A stretch of 64,000 nt of DNA from Octopus sinensis (lineage: Eukaryota). Position 1 is the first letter of the stretch, and each line of letters starts with the position of its first letter. The position numbers and the translations under genes were made by a program. The DNA lies in the NCBI RefSeq assembly GCF_006345805.1, contig NC_043000.1, positions 66,402,001 to 66,466,000 on the forward strand, given 5' to 3'. Under the pieces are notes generated by a model that worked only from the letters and a program-made list of their open reading frames with translations, did not search any database and was not told where the DNA came from. This document shows, in pieces, positions 59,898 through 64,000 of this stretch.

Positions 59898-61885
59898 CTA
59901 TAATAAGAAAAATAATCAATAAATAAATTTCTATATCAAGGAATTATTTCCACATGTAGGCATCCCCTGCATTACAGAAGTGGTGCATTTACAAACATTT
60001 TGCTGTAATATGAATTATGTAATGCAAAATGTATTTTCCCATTTAGCATGAAAAAGATTGTGTACTATAATACTCTATATGACAGCAAGATTTTCAGGAG
60101 CTTCTATAATGTGGGGGAGGCCAATTACAAAATACTAGGTAACATAAACATGCTAAGGTAAAGTTAAATATTGATTTTATGAAGGTGCTTGAATTTCCAC
60201 TTCTGTGACCAAAAGCTTGAATGGGGAGAGGCATAGTCAGAAGTTTGCTTTGCATCTAGGTATATTACTCTCTATAGTTCAAACCAAACCTTGTAAGTAA
60301 CAGTGGGTAGGACAGAAACTGTACAAGGCATTAGATGAACTTGTAGCGGGATATGTAACAAAAGATATTGTTGAGGTAGCAGATGAAATAGACATGTGGA
60401 TGACATCAAAGTAAAACAATGGGAAAGCATTGATTGTGGTTTAAATAATTTATCTAATTGACACTTGCATTTATGTGTTGTATCCACCAGAAAATCTGCT
60501 ACATGACATTACCAACTTGCTTCGAGTTGGTAAAGTAAAAAATAAACAGGGGAAATATTGTGTCAATGTGATGAGGTAGGACTGGGCATGTTTTGTGTCT
60601 GCATGTGCGTTGGTCATTCAGTTGTGTCTGTTTCTGTTCTGTGACTGCTACTGTATTGGGTCATTCATACTGAATATGTGGTTCTGTGTTGGCTGCTTGA
60701 ATGGTGCAAGTTAACTGTTGGCTGTCTATTTTGACCATTTGCTTGTTGATGGCTATCGTGTGTCTGACTGGTCATGACAGCTAGAAGGACAGACATACTA
60801 TAGGAGTAATTTCTACCTATGTAAGTTGCTTCCTGTCCACTTGAACTTTAAATGACACAGCTCAGGTCAGAGGTCGAAGAGAAATCCATCCATCACTTTT
60901 TGACAAGACAAAGAAATTACTTTCGTGCCTGTTTGGCCAGTAGTGGATCAGACAAGTGATAAACCTTAGATTCGGTTTCAAATCTCAGCTCGGAAAAAGG
61001 AAGTGTTAGTTTTTACAAACTGGTTAAAAAGATAACATTAGTAATAGAGGCAGTATCAATACTGAGACGTAATATTTATCCCCACTTAAACATTGATGTT
61101 CTGTTAGCTTGTTCTAACAGAACATTCACATTTAATAGGATGAATTATCACTGCAAGTGTTTGTTCTTGGGTAGTAAGCTTAAACCATCACCCAGTTTAA
61201 CATTACCATCTAACTCTCGAGTCCTTTAGTACTGTTCACTCTGTTGTAAGCATTCTGACCAAACTTCTGGTTTCTTCGCTGCTTTGTCGCACCAGTCTTG
61301 GGGACTTTGTAAAAAGTTTCATGGCTGTTGCCATTCCTTTAGTGACAATAAACAATAATATTCTTTTTCCTTTTTTTTTTTGAAGTTTTAAAACTAGAGT
61401 TAAATACCAATTTTTCTTATTAGGGAGAAAATAACAATTAAAAATGAAAAACCTAAATAAAATTCTCATTGAGTACACCATTGTTTATATCAAATATAAG
61501 TTTAATATAACTTTTCTTACATTTGTGAGTGTAAAGAAAGACAGTGAACAGATGCCCAGGCATTATGGGGCCCAAACTGGGATGTTTGGTGAAACTAATT
61601 TAGATTATTTCCATTTAATTAGGAATCATGGAGTAAAACTACAAGAAGGAAAGTTAAGATAAAGTTATTGTTTCTCCCTTAGGAACTATGATCAAAGATG
61701 TTGCAGCCATGATCATTTTCAAATGTTTTTCAGCTATGACTACATTATTTGATGTCTCTTAAGCAGCCACACAGCAGCTCCCGTCTTTGTATATCGAATA
61801 AAGTGTTTTGTACAAGTTTCTTGTTTAAAAAGAAAAGAATTCAGTTTAGTTGATAGAAGGAAGTAAAAGAAAAAGACTGACTTAC

Positions 61886-61972
61886 TGCTAGGTCACTGTA
61901 AACATGATCACCAAAATAAAACACCTTTGAACCAAACCATCCTGTCATCTGTCGCAAAAGTGAAAAATTGCC
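61886..61972 (-). CDS. NT5DC3: NT5DC2/3-type gene, internal exon with HAD motif IV (GDHxxSD)
   Basis: [29 protein letters not shown]; TTTCTAG/GTAAGT; 87 nt. No further upstream exon was found in 61973-64000. Confidence 0.96.
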
Positions 61973-63484
61973 CTAGAAATAAAAATATGATTGAAAGTTA
62001 AACATTACATTTCTACATAGAATTTCAAAAATATTTTGTTACTGAAATTTCTTACTAAATTAGAATTACTTAAGTAATAATAATGGAAGAATTGTATTTT
62101 TTTTTCACTCATTATGTAAAACAAGTTAAACATTTCTTCCCTAACTTCTCACTTAACAAATAACAGACTAGAAATTTGTGTGAGTTGCAGTTGTTTAGAT
62201 GTTGATAGTGGTTTGCTGTTGCAGTATCCATACAGTTTCAGACACATTTGTCTCTATAGACCTAATTCCATCTAAAATACTCATTCATTCATATTATCCT
62301 CACCATATACAATTTTCTTACCATTTATCTTCTCATGAGGAAACCCAATGGCTTCTCAGTTATTTCTTAAATTGTTATCTACAATACAATTCCACATTGC
62401 TTACTTTATGACACTTCAGTTTCTTCACAGGATTTACTTGGAGGTAGCTTGTAGTAAGTTATTAACTATATGAGTTTCCCAACATATTTCTCTCTGTTCA
62501 TATATGTATCTTAAAGTGTAATGGCAAGGCTATCCACACTAAGCTATTTTTCACTATCTTCCAAGGATACACATTTTATTAATCCTATTTCTGGATGATA
62601 TATCTATATTACAGAAACAGTGAGGTAACCTGTCAACAGATTATTCATTATAATTCTCAAAACTACTCTAAATGCACTACATATCTACTTCTTCAGTATG
62701 GTCAGCATGCTTCACATAAACTCTTCTATGTTCTTATATCACTCCTACTTTTCCACTTCTCTTTCTATTTTTACCAACATAACTACTGATTTGTTATTTA
62801 GTTTAAAGTCAGCATTGATATCACATTAAACCCATCTTGTTTTGGGGAAATAGTTTACCCAGACTGTGTATTTTTTTAAAGATAGCAGGGTGTGTTTTGA
62901 AGGTTGCTATTCTAGCAAGTTGAGTAACCAAATACAGACTTCCTTGTTTGAGCTTCTGCGATTGAAGTATATTAAACCATAGTAGAAGACTTAGAGTGTC
63001 ATAGAAATTTAGATACTTGCAAGGAAGTTGGAGAATGTAATTTGTGTCAGGATGTGCTTGGTAATACTAAAACATTATCACTGATAAGGGAAAGGCATTG
63101 AATGTTCAGATGAAGGGAATGATATTCACAGGACCAATGCAATATAATACAATTCTTTACCACACAACCACAAAACTTATAATTAGATGTAATAGAAAAA
63201 GTAATTAGCTCTTTTAGAATCTTGAAATTAACAAGGCTTGTCACTAGCCTCAGAATTTAAAAAGTCAATGATAGATGAATTCTCACAGGAACAGAACATT
63301 TATGATGTTATTTTTCTGGAATGGACCTGAAACCTAATCTCCAGCTCAGAAAATGACATCAAGACTGTAAGATGTAACCTCATGATTCAGCACCTAGCTG
63401 TTTGATATCTTTAGTTATTTTGTCTTTCCTTAATAAATTACAACTGAATTCAATATGATACAATATAAAGAGGTATAATAAGTC

Positions 63485-63660
63485 CATGAAGGTGCATAGC
63501 ACAGTGGGTTTGGGTGTTGGTGTTGGACTCATGATTGTTAATTCATGAGTTCAATTCTTGGAATGTTCTTGAGCAAAGCACTTCATTTTGTGTTGCTCCA
63601 GTTCATTTAACTGGGGGTTGGAGTGTGACTTGAACCCTGCAATAGACAGGTGTCTCATTT
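63485..63660 (+). mobile_element. Old tRNA-headed SINE
   Basis: GCATAGCACAGTGG...GAGTTCAATTCTTGG...TTGAGCAAAGCACTTCATTT.GTGTTGCTCCAGT.CA; inverse of the 12110-12360 family. Confidence 0.5.
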
Positions 63661-64000
63661 GGGGGTTGGGTGAGGGCAGTCTTGTACTCACAATTACTTA
63701 AACACTTTGTAAACTATGATAAGCTCCAGCCAAAAGGGTTTGTAGGTTCAAGACTGACTAACTTAATAGGAAAACCACATCTTCCTCCTTGCCCATTATT
63801 TGAGCACATCAAGGAGGAAGATGGTGAAAAACAAGACGCTGGCTGCATGTAAGGATTTTATTTGATTAAAAATATAAATTAAAGAGAGATAATTTAAGAA
63901 TACAGAGCAGCAAATTAAGACCAGCATTTTTAATTGGAGACAATATTAAGTTTTAGCAATAAATTATTATTTTTTTTATAGTACTGGTTTTTATGTGAGT

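Noticed and set aside
60240-61350. Protein-like stretches (QKLYKALDELVAGY...; NGNSHETFYKVPK...) and a 12-bp hairpin at 61096-61125 in an NT5DC intron
   Set aside because: Short, stop-bounded and unassignable; probably decayed TE sequence.
63770-63848. Exon-like segment ENHIFLLAHYLSTSRRKMVKNKTLAA
   Set aside because: Poor polypyrimidine tract, lies next to a SINE remnant, no recognisable homology, antisense to NT5DC.

Overview
AT-rich, intron-rich eukaryotic genomic DNA. The repeat families (tRNA-derived SINEs with (AAT)n tails, RTE-LINE tails ending (GAT)n) match what I recognise from Octopus/cephalopod genomes; the species call is an inference. Three spliced genes could be rebuilt by hand with consistent exon phases. 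(1) MRPL19, minus strand, 21004->8199, 6 exons, 290 aa, one GC-AG intron. (2) STK40 pseudokinase, plus strand, 28382->44932, 8 coding exons, 447 aa; head-to-head with MRPL19 across a CpG-retaining region. (3) The last five exons of an NT5DC2/NT5DC3-type 5'-nucleotidase-domain gene, minus strand, 61972->50107, convergent with STK40; its upstream exons probably lie beyond the window. Most of the rest is transposon debris: RTE, CR1-like, Penelope-like and HERO-like retroelements, two TIR-complete mariners, a Tigger/pogo remnant, hAT and TTAA MITEs, and several SINE families. The most unusual items are a type I hammerhead ribozyme fold at 1610-1677, a 28S rRNA P-loop fragment inserted into the catalytic region of a dead mariner, a PHD finger embedded in an RTE ORF, covarying hairpin arrays in RTE 3' UTRs, and several near-perfect intronic fold-backs. 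No CRISPR, intact tRNA or intact rRNA gene was found. Repeat boundaries without TSD/TIR support are approximate.
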